From contig CAWDPO010000046.1 of assembly GCA_963804165.1 (NCBI GenBank), forward strand, positions 128,001 through 192,000: DNA of 64,000 bases, given 5' to 3'. The stretch's first letter is position 1. Each line of letters begins with the position of its first letter. Of the stretch, positions 19,996-29,072 are shown piece after piece. The DNA comes from an uncultured delta proteobacterium. GTDB lineage: Bacteria; Desulfobacterota; Binatia; UBA9968. Made by a program: the position numbers and the translations under genes. The notes under the pieces were generated by a model, which was not told the DNA's origin, did no database searches, and saw only the letters and a program-made list of their open reading frames with translations.

Positions 19996-20454
19996 TCAGA
20001 TGAGCCAGCTCAGCAAGCCTCTCGGCAACTCGGCTCTTAGGAGCACGTCAAAAAAGAAATGGGACGCTAGCGTTACCGCGGCCGCGAAACATAGAGTTAC
20101 GGGCCAACGGCGCGCAGCGATGACTTTTAAATAGAAAGTGACAAGCAGAAACGTGCAGAAAAGAAATCCGAGAAGGTCGAGCAAAAACGCGTACGCTGTC
20201 ATCCCGGCGACAACGCAAAGAACGAGTCTCGCTTCGCCGGCAATGCCCGGTTCAGAATTCTTATCAGGCGAACTCTTTCGAATACTCATGATCAAGCGAA
20301 AGGCGGCAATCAATCCTATGCCGACCGTCGCGATGAACGGAAATAACCCCGGCCCTGGCCGGTTGGCCGTACTTAGACCAAGGCGATAGGATTCGATGGA
20401 CAAGTAGAACGAGAGCAGCAGCCAAAAGCTGCAGATGATGATTTCTCTTTTCAT
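19996..20454 (-). CDS. tctB: Tripartite tricarboxylate transporter small subunit TctB
   Basis: PGPGLFP motif, four TM segments, C-terminal LPRG; directly upstream of tctA. Confidence 0.9.
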   Translation of the reverse strand: MKREIIICSFWLLLSFYLSIESYRLGLSTANRPGPGLFPFIATVGIGLIAAFRLIMSIRKSSPDKNSEPGIAGEARLVLCVVAGMTAYAFLLDLLGFLFCTFLLVTFYLKVIAARRWPVTLCFAAAVTLASHFFFDVLLRAELPRGLLSWLI

Positions 20455-20563
20455 GACTGTATGGCAGATAACGAATCCTTGATTCTTCGAGTGTAACGCA
20501 TGTGCATCATTGGAGGGGGAGAATGAGAGGCAAATATTAAGCTGATATCCCGGTGCGTGTTCC

Positions 20564-22072
20564 TGTCAAGCCATCTCAAAATCTAACCGGAGCTAGGATT
20601 CGTTGAGTCATGTGAAAATCTAACCGAAGGTTGTGTTCGAATCTGTCGTTGTATTTCATATTTCTGACTCTTTAGTTTTTGGCTAAAGGTCCAGTCTCTC
20701 CATGCTGAGCCCGATCGATGAGATACAGAGCGAGTCTTTTGTGGGTCGAGTTGAGGGTTTGGCCGCAGTTCTCTTATCGGGGTTTTCTCCCGCGTAGCAC
20801 CATTTCGTTGGGCAGCTAAAGGGTAAAGAGAGTCGAGTTGCTGATCGATGCGACGTGACAGTTCAAAAGGGTCGGTATTTTGCACCAGGGATTTTAGCTC
20901 CTGGATCTGTGGGAGAGTTTTCTTTTGGGATTTGAGCACCCGCTCCACAGGAGTAGTGGGCTGATCGTAATGGCGCATCACCCGCGAGCCTTTACGGACT
21001 TTGCTTCGAAGCTTCATGGAAGGCTGGAACAGATTCTGAAAGATCCGAAGCTGCTCATAGAGCTGATTGATCCTCTTTAGGGCTTCTAAAGTGTCATAGC
21101 GCTCCCAGCCCAAGAGTTTGCGCACGTGGGTCCAGTTTTTCTGTTCCACATGCGCATTGTCATCTTTTTTGTAGGGGCGCGAGCGGGTGAACTGGACTCT
21201 AGAGGTTTTGGGTCTTTGCTGACAGAAGTTAAACAGGTGGGTATTGATGAACTCGCTGCCGTTGTCGGAGTCAATGCCGCGCAGTGCGAAAGGCAAGCGC
21301 TGCTCAATGGCCTTAAGGGCGGCGACGATCCCGAGCTGTCCTTTGCCCATGACGGCCTGTCGTTCTACCCAGCCGGTGGCGATGTCGACACAGTCCAGGG
21401 TGTAGAGGAACTCTCCGGCTGCCGAGGCACCTGAATGCGAGACCAGATCGATTTCCAGATAGCCCGGCAACGTCACGTCCCAATGGTCGGTTTTAATGGG
21501 AATCATCTGTTTAAGAAGCGAGCCCGGGCGAGTGGTGCCATAGAGGCGGTGTTTGACAGCGAACTTGTGAGAGCGCAACCGACGATCCATTTGACGGGCG
21601 CTGACCGCCAAGAGCTCTTTTTCCAATTCTCCGTTCACCTTAAAGTACTTCTTGATCCAGGGGAGCCACTGCGGCAGTGCCGCCTTCAGACGCTGGGAGC
21701 ACAGATATCCGGAGGCTTCCCAGACTTTGGCCAGCGTCGCAATGCTTGCCCTACTGTAGATCACCGAGCGCGGCGTCACACCTCTGCACACAGCGGCGTT
21801 GGGCAAAGGACGGCTTAAAAGCCAGATGGCGTACTTCCGGTTGTAACCGCACACCTTGCAGAACTCTTCCAACATCGCGGTCTTCTCTGTGCGCCTCCCT
21901 TGTCGGTAGCGCTTATGAATCGATCGCAAATACTCCCTCTTGGATTGTCGCGCCATACTGAATCCCTCCATCACTCCCCCTCCTTCTCCTCGCATCATGA
22001 GGCCAAGGAGGGTTAGATTTCCAAATGGCGCAACGAACCTTTACTCGGTTAGATTATACACGGCGCAATACG
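20564..22072 (-). mobile_element. Insertion sequence with a single DDE integrase-core transposase and doubly repeated end sites; family unassigned
   Basis: AATCTAACC occurs twice at the left end (about 20580 and 20617) and twice inverted at the right end (about 22011 and 22047). Tentative target duplication GTGTTCC/GTGTTTC. Confidence 0.75.
20583..21956 (-). CDS. DDE (rve integrase core) transposase
   Basis: EIDLVSH, IDSDNGSEF and NAHVEQKN form the triad; N-terminal HTH-like KREYL...CGYNRKYAI. Start uncertain (21956, 21971 or 21998). Confidence 0.9.
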   Translation of the reverse strand: MARQSKREYLRSIHKRYRQGRRTEKTAMLEEFCKVCGYNRKYAIWLLSRPLPNAAVCRGVTPRSVIYSRASIATLAKVWEASGYLCSQRLKAALPQWLPWIKKYFKVNGELEKELLAVSARQMDRRLRSHKFAVKHRLYGTTRPGSLLKQMIPIKTDHWDVTLPGYLEIDLVSHSGASAAGEFLYTLDCVDIATGWVERQAVMGKGQLGIVAALKAIEQRLPFALRGIDSDNGSEFINTHLFNFCQQRPKTSRVQFTRSRPYKKDDNAHVEQKNWTHVRKLLGWERYDTLEALKRINQLYEQLRIFQNLFQPSMKLRSKVRKGSRVMRHYDQPTTPVERVLKSQKKTLPQIQELKSLVQNTDPFELSRRIDQQLDSLYPLAAQRNGATREKTPIRELRPNPQLDPQKTRSVSHRSGSAWRDWTFSQKLKSQKYEIQRQIRTQPSVRFSHDSTNPSSG

Positions 22073-22109
22073 GTGTTTCGCCGGCAGCAGGCACGGTGTG
22101 ATCGGCTTG

Positions 22110-23624
22110 TTAATATTCCTTGATGAATTCCGCGGCGCGCTCGCCGATCATCATGCTGGTGAGATTGGTATTGGCGTGGGCGACCGTCGGCATGATTGAC
22201 GCGTCGCCGATCCAGAGATTCTCCATGCCATGTACGCGCAAATGTTGGTCGACTACAGCCATGGGGTCAGATGCGGGCGCCATCTTACAGGTGCCGACGC
22301 CGTGAAAATAGCTGGTGTACGTGGAGCGCGCGAACTTGGTCCAATCTTCATCCGGACTCGGCGAAAATAACTCGCCACAGAATTTATCCATCGGTTCGGT
22401 GGCGGCGAGGCGTTGGACAAACTTCATCGCTGAGACCATCGCCTGAATGTCCTTTGGGTGCTCCAACATGCACGGGTCGATAATCGGCAAATCCGTCGGA
22501 TCGGAACTTTGCAGCGTCAAGCGGCCGCGATTGGTCTGCTCCAACAAGTGACAGGAGAAACCGATCATGTCGCCGATGCCGGAAACAGTGGTGATGTCGC
22601 GCAGGATGATGTGAAAATCGATATATTCGCGCGCCGGATCGCTTTTGAAATAGAGCTTTAACGTCGAGCGGCCGCGCGCGTCCGGCTTGTGGCCGCTCGT
22701 TTTCGCTCTGAGCGTCATCGTCACCACTGGATGATCTTGATAGTTTTCACCAACGCCTTCGAGCGCGTGCACGATCGGAATTCCATGGCGCTCGAGCTCA
22801 GCGCGCGGGCCGATGCCCGAGAGCATGAGAATCTGCGGCGAATGATAGACGCCGGCGCTGAGCACGATTTTGTCCGCGTTGGCTACATGCTCGCAGCTAT
22901 CTTTTAGATAGCGAACGCCTTCGACCTTCTTGTTGTGTACGATGAGTGATACAACCTGAGCGTCGCCAATGATCGTGAGATTCGATCGCGCTCGCGCCGG
23001 ACCGAGATACGCGACAGCGGAAGACTGTCGCTTGCCGTCTTTGATATTGCGTGCCGTTGGGGCGATGCCGTAGGGATTGGGCTCATTTTGATCGTCGAAG
23101 CGCGGCAACCCTAGTTTGTTCACCGCTTCCAAGAGGGCTTGTTCTTGGGCGCTAAGCTGTGCGTCGAAGACATGCTTGCGCTTTACATAGATCGGCCCCG
23201 AGTCGCCATGAATCGAACTACGCGGAAAATCTTGATCCGCTTCGATGCACTGCAAGACCGGCAGGACTTTCTCCCACGACCAAGCGGGATTGCCTTGAGC
23301 CGTCCAAGTATCGAGATCGGCCTTGATCGGGCGCGGGATCGACATCATGTTGACCGAGGAGCCACCGCCCATGATCCGTCCCGCCAAGGAGTAAAATTCG
23401 CTGGAGTCGTAGTTGCGCTTGGTCGGATACATGACGATATAGGGACTCTCCAGCAGCACGTTGGTGGCTTTCTCCGCATCGGCGACTGTTTCAGGAATCG
23501 GTTGCGGATCGGGTCCCGCTTCGAGCAATAAAACTTTTCGCGCCGGATCTTCGGAAAGGCGCGACGCGATCACGCAGCCCGCTGAACCGCCGCCGGCGAC
23601 AATAACGTCGTAATGATCAGACAT
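22110..23624 (-). CDS. GMC family FAD oxidoreductase (choline dehydrogenase-like)
   Basis: GGGSAG FAD motif, GGGSSVN, GENYQDHP, HGVGTCKM and ANTN. Confidence 0.92.
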   Translation of the reverse strand: MSDHYDVIVAGGGSAGCVIASRLSEDPARKVLLLEAGPDPQPIPETVADAEKATNVLLESPYIVMYPTKRNYDSSEFYSLAGRIMGGGSSVNMMSIPRPIKADLDTWTAQGNPAWSWEKVLPVLQCIEADQDFPRSSIHGDSGPIYVKRKHVFDAQLSAQEQALLEAVNKLGLPRFDDQNEPNPYGIAPTARNIKDGKRQSSAVAYLGPARARSNLTIIGDAQVVSLIVHNKKVEGVRYLKDSCEHVANADKIVLSAGVYHSPQILMLSGIGPRAELERHGIPIVHALEGVGENYQDHPVVTMTLRAKTSGHKPDARGRSTLKLYFKSDPAREYIDFHIILRDITTVSGIGDMIGFSCHLLEQTNRGRLTLQSSDPTDLPIIDPCMLEHPKDIQAMVSAMKFVQRLAATEPMDKFCGELFSPSPDEDWTKFARSTYTSYFHGVGTCKMAPASDPMAVVDQHLRVHGMENLWIGDASIMPTVAHANTNLTSMMIGERAAEFIKEY

Positions 23625-23644
23625 TCTTCCTCAATAGGATACAA

Positions 23645-23781
23645 AACGTTCAAGCAGTTCAACCGCTGCGCGGAGCCTGTCCTGAGCGAAGTCGAAGGGT
23701 TCAATCCCCCACCTCCGTCCTCCCCCGCTCGCGGGGGAGGATTCAGGAGGGGGCTTCGACGACTTGAACGATTTGAACGTT
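23645..23781. repeat. Composite inverted repeat with nested hairpins
   Basis: Outer IR AACGTTCAAGCAGTTCAA / TTGAACGATTTGAACGTT; inner CCTGAGCGAAGTCGAAGGG and hairpin CCTCCCCCGCTCGCGGGGGAGG. Confidence 0.7.
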
Positions 23782-23784
23782 GAA

Positions 23785-24741
23785 TTATAGCCATGCAATC
23801 CCCATCTGCTTTAGCCGCCGGCGATACTCCAGCGCGGGAGTATCCGGGCCGCGCAAATGCAGCTCCTCGGCGAGGTCGAGCGGTAATTCCTCAGGGCGCT
23901 GCGATTCGACGATTCTTTTGTCTTGTTCGAAGATCCGGCGATGTTGTGCATTCAATTGCTCGTCGGTCTTGACGTCACGATAGTTGCGTCCGGCGAGCCG
24001 ATAAAATTTGGTCTCGTGATTCGACACCGGTGTGCAAAGATAGATATTGGTATGGCGCTCGACGCTGTCCGGTTGGCGCCGTTGAATCGTCACCATGAAT
24101 GGCAGGATGACCGTATACAATTGTTTGGCGGCGCTGTTCGGACGAAATTTATTGACCGGGGTATCGATTTCATACTGGAAACCACCCTTGATCTCAGTGA
24201 GTGCGACCACCGGCGACTCGGCTTGATCCGGGTCGCCGAGGATGCCGGCATGAACCCAGGGAAAGTGGGAGAAGTCGGCGAGGTTCTCGATCATGCGCGC
24301 GGCATTGGCGCGCCACTGGCCTTCCGAAGTGTAGGGCGCCCAGTTAAAGCTCGGGTCGCCGAACTCAGACGGAAACTCCGGAATATCCTGGCGCGGCTCG
24401 TCGAGACAGACCCAAATCAAACCGTAGCGCTCTTGTACGCGATACGCCTTGGCGCGCGCCTTGGCCGGGATCTCGCGATCCGGCGGCAGCGACGGTATGC
24501 GCGTACACCTGCCGTCCGCGGCGTAGTTCCAACCGTGATAGCCACACGCAAGCTGATCGCCATTCACCCAACCGAGTGAAAGCGCCGCGCCGCGATGAAT
24601 GCAGAGATCGTAAAATGCCGACACATTTCCATTGGCGCGCCAAATCACTAACGGCTGATCGAGTAGCTTGACAGCGACAGGTTTATCGGTGACTTCTTTG
24701 GACCATAAAACGGGATACCAGTATTGCCAAAGGCCGTTCAT
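23785..24741 (-). CDS. Rieske non-heme iron oxygenase alpha subunit (VanA/NdmA-like demethylase group)
   Basis: Rieske motif CIH...CGYHGW; mononuclear Fe motif ENLADFSHFPWVH plus EQD. AAGGAG RBS precedes ATG 24741. Confidence 0.9.
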   Translation of the reverse strand: MNGLWQYWYPVLWSKEVTDKPVAVKLLDQPLVIWRANGNVSAFYDLCIHRGAALSLGWVNGDQLACGYHGWNYAADGRCTRIPSLPPDREIPAKARAKAYRVQERYGLIWVCLDEPRQDIPEFPSEFGDPSFNWAPYTSEGQWRANAARMIENLADFSHFPWVHAGILGDPDQAESPVVALTEIKGGFQYEIDTPVNKFRPNSAAKQLYTVILPFMVTIQRRQPDSVERHTNIYLCTPVSNHETKFYRLAGRNYRDVKTDEQLNAQHRRIFEQDKRIVESQRPEELPLDLAEELHLRGPDTPALEYRRRLKQMGIAWL

Positions 24742-24931
24742 TCCATTCTCCTTACTAATCGGAAAACCGCCACGCGAGATCGTCAACGACTCGTACCGCG
24801 ATGAATTCACGGTTCAACGTGTTTTAACAGAGAGCTTCCGCGTCTTGTCAAGTCCCGCGACATGCCGGCCTTCTACAAATACTGAGCCTGGCGCCTCATA
24901 CCGACAGCACGCAAATCACGACTATGTCATG

Positions 24932-25957
24932 TTACCGCCCAAGGCGCGCAAAAAAACCTTCCGCTTCCATCTCCTTGAGGAGTGAAGTATCGAAAAACTC
25001 GGACGGTCTCACTGAGGCAAGCTTGTCGCGCAGCTCCGGAGTGGTCGAGGCCAGCAGCCCAAGATCGAATTTAATGGTTTCTTCCTCCGGGTAGGGCTTT
25101 ATCGCGAGGCGCTCCAGAACGGAAGTTCGATAAACGATTTCCAGAAGTTTCGCCTCGTGAACTTTCATGTGCTTCCGGTAAGTCTGAAAGGTAAGGTCTC
25201 TGTTTTGTTTTGCCGTCCAGATGGCCTCGCAAAATGTCATAAGGAAAGCTTTCGCCTGCCGGCGCTGCGTTTCCAGATAACGGCGCGTCGTGGCCAGCAC
25301 GCTGCCGCTGGTATGAATTCCCATAGCCAAGAGGTCGGCGAGCGCGTTCAATTTCTGGCCTCTCGACTCAAAATTGGCAATGCTATCCGGACTTGCGAGG
25401 GTCGCATCCATTTTGCCCTGCAGCATAGAGAAGACTCTTCTATCCGACTCGCTGAGTCCCGTAGGTAAAATGGTGACGTCCTTTCCGGGAACGAGATCGA
25501 CCTTTGCGAGGAACCTGCGCAGCGCGAAATCGGAACCGGAGCCCGGCCGGCTTGTGCCGATGGTCTTGCCTTTGAGATCGTGCAGAGTTTTCACGGCAGG
25601 CAAAGCAACCAGCTTATACGGCGTAGGGCCGAAAGTTGCGACGATCACCACAGGGGCGCCGCGCACGGCTGCGGATATGGCAGAGGAGCTGGAGGCGGCA
25701 GCGATCTGAATGTCTCCGGAGATCAGGGCGTTGATGGAAACGAAGCCGGATGAAATGTTGACCAGCGTTACTTCAAGGCCATGCTTCTCGAATAGTCGGA
25801 GATCCTGAGCGATCCAAAGCGGCGCCATATTACCCGTAATCGATGGGTAAGAAGCGATCAAACGTTCCGGTTTACCATCAGCTCCATACGTCCAAGTGGC
25901 CAAAAAGTTCAAAACGCACAGCACGCAGCTCAAAATTGTTTTAGCGGGATGTTTCAT
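24932..25957 (-). CDS. Orphan SsuA/THI5-like substrate-binding protein
   Basis: Signal peptide; LFEKHGLEV, DLKGKTIG and C-terminal LKEMEAEGFF. Confidence 0.85.
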   Translation of the reverse strand: MKHPAKTILSCVLCVLNFLATWTYGADGKPERLIASYPSITGNMAPLWIAQDLRLFEKHGLEVTLVNISSGFVSINALISGDIQIAAASSSSAISAAVRGAPVVIVATFGPTPYKLVALPAVKTLHDLKGKTIGTSRPGSGSDFALRRFLAKVDLVPGKDVTILPTGLSESDRRVFSMLQGKMDATLASPDSIANFESRGQKLNALADLLAMGIHTSGSVLATTRRYLETQRRQAKAFLMTFCEAIWTAKQNRDLTFQTYRKHMKVHEAKLLEIVYRTSVLERLAIKPYPEEETIKFDLGLLASTTPELRDKLASVRPSEFFDTSLLKEMEAEGFFARLGR

Positions 25958-25959
25958 GG

Positions 25960-26859
25960 TCAGATGAGGCTATCATCAACGCAAGCCGAAACATCGAGGG
26001 GCTTAAAGCCCGAGTATTTTTCCTGAAGCTCTTCAATGTTGCTCCGGATCGCACGCTTGTCCGGCGCGGGCTTTTCCGGCGGCGGAAGACGGTTCAATTC
26101 GTCTGCCTTACTTTTCGCTGCCTCCAGATGAGTCAAGCCAAGGTGTTTACGGAAAGCTTCTTGGACTAAATCGCTGCGGCGCCTCGCCATGGCCAATGCG
26201 TCTTCCAAGGCACGCATGAGGCGCCGCAGAATTTCTCTATGCGTTCCGATGTAGGGACGGGCGGCCGCGATATCGGAACCACTGACGTAAATTCCGAGTT
26301 CAGTCAATTCGACCAGTTTCTTGATGCGGATTGCTTCAGCGGCTTCCAGCTCGGGAAAGTCTGGGTAATGCTCCATTCCCCCCATGACCGCTTCGACTTC
26401 CCCTCGGGAGAGAGCTTTGAGACGGTCCGCGGAATTGTTGAACCCTGTGTAGACAATTTCCAGATCTTTTTCCGGCTCGAGTCCGAGCCGCTTCAGCGCC
26501 CGGCGGGCGATTCTATCTTGGCTTGCACCGGGCGTGCTCACTCCAAAGCGCCTGCCTCTTAAATCTTGAGCCTTCTCTACGCGGTTGATTGTGAAGATGG
26601 CGAATTTCGCCGGTCCGAGGCTGCCGATCACCGCGAGCGGTTTGTTCTCCATCGCTATCGCTTCCACAACCGGACCTGAATTGCCGACCAGGACATCCAG
26701 CTCTCCGCTAAGCAGCTTTGGCGTCCCGAGTTTGACCGGGCTGATGCGTTCGAGCGAAACGTCGAGGCCGTGGTTTCGGTAAAGCCCCTCCTCTTGGGCA
26801 AGAAACAGGACGATTTTCGGGCCTTCGGCGTTGTCGTAGCCAAGCCGGATCGTATCCAT
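25960..26859 (-). CDS. SsuA/THI5-like PBP2-fold protein without a signal peptide
   Basis: GLYRNHGLDV and DLRGRRFGVS; the protein starts directly at IRLGY after an AGGAG RBS. Confidence 0.8.
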   Translation of the reverse strand: MDTIRLGYDNAEGPKIVLFLAQEEGLYRNHGLDVSLERISPVKLGTPKLLSGELDVLVGNSGPVVEAIAMENKPLAVIGSLGPAKFAIFTINRVEKAQDLRGRRFGVSTPGASQDRIARRALKRLGLEPEKDLEIVYTGFNNSADRLKALSRGEVEAVMGGMEHYPDFPELEAAEAIRIKKLVELTELGIYVSGSDIAAARPYIGTHREILRRLMRALEDALAMARRRSDLVQEAFRKHLGLTHLEAAKSKADELNRLPPPEKPAPDKRAIRSNIEELQEKYSGFKPLDVSACVDDSLI

Positions 26860-26869
26860 CGCAGTTCTC

Positions 26870-28618
26870 CTAGCGAAACTTGACGATTAGGTAAACCGGA
26901 TTTGAAGCCACTCCACCCGAACCCGGCTCGACGACGGTCACGGCATACACTCCGGGCTTTTGCACCAGCTTGGGGTCGATGGTCGCGGTCAGTTTGGTGG
27001 AACGATCGAAATTCTGCGGATAGGGCCTTGGAGCCAACTCCACCTGAGTGGGCAGGGGTTTTCCCTCAAGCATGGCCACCGAAGTGGTCATGAAGTTTGC
27101 GCCTTCGATGTTCAGTTTCACCGGGGTTGTGCTCTGAACCACCGAGGTTGGTTCGATTTTGTCGACTTCAGGCTTGGGCCGGTCACCGTCCAACAGCGGC
27201 ACGGGATTTTTGTAATTCTTGGTGTAGCCGAGCTTTACCGGCGTCCCTTCTTTGAAGACCATTTTGATGTTGCGTGTCTTGCTGATGTCTTCGAGCGGAT
27301 TTCCTTCGACGATAACGATGTCCGCAAAACTTCCCGGCATGATGACGCCGATCTCGTTCTCGCGGCGGATCAACTCGGCCGGATTGCGAGTCGCCGTTAA
27401 GATAGCCTCCATGGGCGTTAGACCGGCTTCGGTCAAGAGCTCCATCTCGACGTGGACCGCCCAGGCGGGAAGAACGGAGTTAGGATCCGAGCCGGAACGG
27501 ATTTTCCCTCCCGCTTTTGCGTAGCGACGAATGAAGTCCTGAATATTTTCGTAACCGGTTCGCACCCGGCGCAGCAGTTCCTGATCGGTGATATTGGCGA
27601 TGCCGTCCTGATTGGCCCGGACATTGGACTTGAAGTAAGGAGGAATGTAATTGAGGTTCGGATTTGCCAGGAGCTTGAGCTCCGCCTCCTTCAGCTGATT
27701 CCACTTCGGAGAATAGAATCGCCAGAAAGTAGCCAACGTCGGGGTCCAAGTTGTTTTGTGCTCGACCATGAAGCGAACGAGCTCGTCGAAGTTTTCGCGA
27801 TCGGCGTAGAAATGATACTCCGGCGTGGACATGCGATTTCTGAACGCCGCCCGGCGTTTGTTCAGTTCTTCTCTTTTCTTCGGATCCTTAATGGTGGACG
27901 AAACCACCGCGTAGCTGTGCTCGACGAAATCGAACCCGCTGTTCACAGATTGAAAAATGTCCTCGCTGTGGCCGCCGGCCGGTTTGCCCTGCTTGTGGGC
28001 CTCCTCGGCAAGAATTTTGATCACTTCGGCTGTGGCGTACTCATAGATTTTGACGATATCTGCACCCGAAGCTAGATGGGCTTGGACGGCTTTTCTTGCC
28101 TCATCCGGCGTCGCCACCGAAATCTCCTCGCGCCGCTGCGCCTGCAACTCGCGAATCGATCGGTCGCGCTCTCCGGGCCGCGGGCTGTTGAAGTGAGGGC
28201 CTGCGACAAAAAGTCTCGGCCCAGTGATCTTGCCTTTAGCGACGCCATCCCGCTGCGCAACCATCCAATCCAGCCGGTCGCTACCGGTTACCAGCGCCGT
28301 GGTGACGCCGTAATTGAGATAAAGCTCGCCCTGCCAATCCTTGTAGTGCGCATGCGAATCGACCAGTCCCGGAAATGCGGTGCTTTGAGGAATTCTGATG
28401 ATTTTAGCGTCTTTCGGAATGACGAGCTTTGCCTTTGGTCCGACGGCTTTGACCCGCTTGTCTTGGATCAAGATGACCGCGTCTTTGAGCGGTGCTCCCC
28501 CCGATCCGTCGATCAAAAGATCGACTTCGAGCGCGATCGGTTTTTCTTGCGGCCACGCGGCCGACAAATTTATGAGACAGGTCAAAAGAACCAGCGAGAG
28601 AAAGCGACGGGGCTTCAT
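26870..28618 (-). CDS. Secreted amidohydrolase family protein with C-terminal Ig-like (IPT/TIG) domain
   Basis: Signal peptide; PGLVDSHAH, GHS, EHS, GSD and ADIVIVEGNPL; C-terminal P.V..IEP...IEGANF...SNP beta-sandwich. Confidence 0.85.
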   Translation of the reverse strand: MKPRRFLSLVLLTCLINLSAAWPQEKPIALEVDLLIDGSGGAPLKDAVILIQDKRVKAVGPKAKLVIPKDAKIIRIPQSTAFPGLVDSHAHYKDWQGELYLNYGVTTALVTGSDRLDWMVAQRDGVAKGKITGPRLFVAGPHFNSPRPGERDRSIRELQAQRREEISVATPDEARKAVQAHLASGADIVKIYEYATAEVIKILAEEAHKQGKPAGGHSEDIFQSVNSGFDFVEHSYAVVSSTIKDPKKREELNKRRAAFRNRMSTPEYHFYADRENFDELVRFMVEHKTTWTPTLATFWRFYSPKWNQLKEAELKLLANPNLNYIPPYFKSNVRANQDGIANITDQELLRRVRTGYENIQDFIRRYAKAGGKIRSGSDPNSVLPAWAVHVEMELLTEAGLTPMEAILTATRNPAELIRRENEIGVIMPGSFADIVIVEGNPLEDISKTRNIKMVFKEGTPVKLGYTKNYKNPVPLLDGDRPKPEVDKIEPTSVVQSTTPVKLNIEGANFMTTSVAMLEGKPLPTQVELAPRPYPQNFDRSTKLTATIDPKLVQKPGVYAVTVVEPGSGGVASNPVYLIVKFR

Positions 28619-28799
28619 GTGATAGTTCCTTTCTTGCTCAGTTCACATCAGTTTGGTGAGTGTCGTAAACGGCGCAGAACCCGAGACTCGTTGGATCGCT
28701 GCGCTGGTTCGGATAAAGCCATTTACCTCGATATTGATCCTATGGCCGCCCATTCTATTGCGCATGCGTTTGTGATAGATCACCGGCCGGTTTTGTCGA

Positions 28800-29022
28800 A
28801 CGTCGCGAACTTCCAGCCGTGGTCCCGCAAACCAATTGATCGACGTTCACCCAGCCGAGTGATAGAGCCGCGCAGCCGTGAATGCAGAGATCATAAAATG
28901 CTGACAGGTTTTCACCCGCCGCCAGATTACCAAGGGTGGGTCGAGCAACCGGACCGGGACGGGCTTATCGGCCACTTCTTTCGACCATGAAACCGGATGC
29001 CCGTAGTGGCGAAGAACATTCA
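28800..29022 (-). pseudogene. Decayed 5' fragment of a Rieske oxygenase paralog of the gene at 23785-24741
   Basis: MNVLRHYGHPVSWSKEVADKPVPVRLLDPPLVIWR aligns to MNGLWQYWYPVLWSKEVTDKPVAVKLLDQPLVIWR; a frameshifted LCIH and HGW follow, then similarity ends. Confidence 0.8.
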
Positions 29023-29072
29023 TTGCCGGGGCTCCTTCGAAAAATTCCTTTTTTTGCCGCGCGATTTTCCTA

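Noticed and set aside
28076-28990. Long antisense ORFs (for example 28076-28990, 42469-43407, 38877-39722, 13931-14746)
   Set aside because: Shadow frames of GC-rich genes that carry clear motifs on the other strand; they have no recognisable domains.
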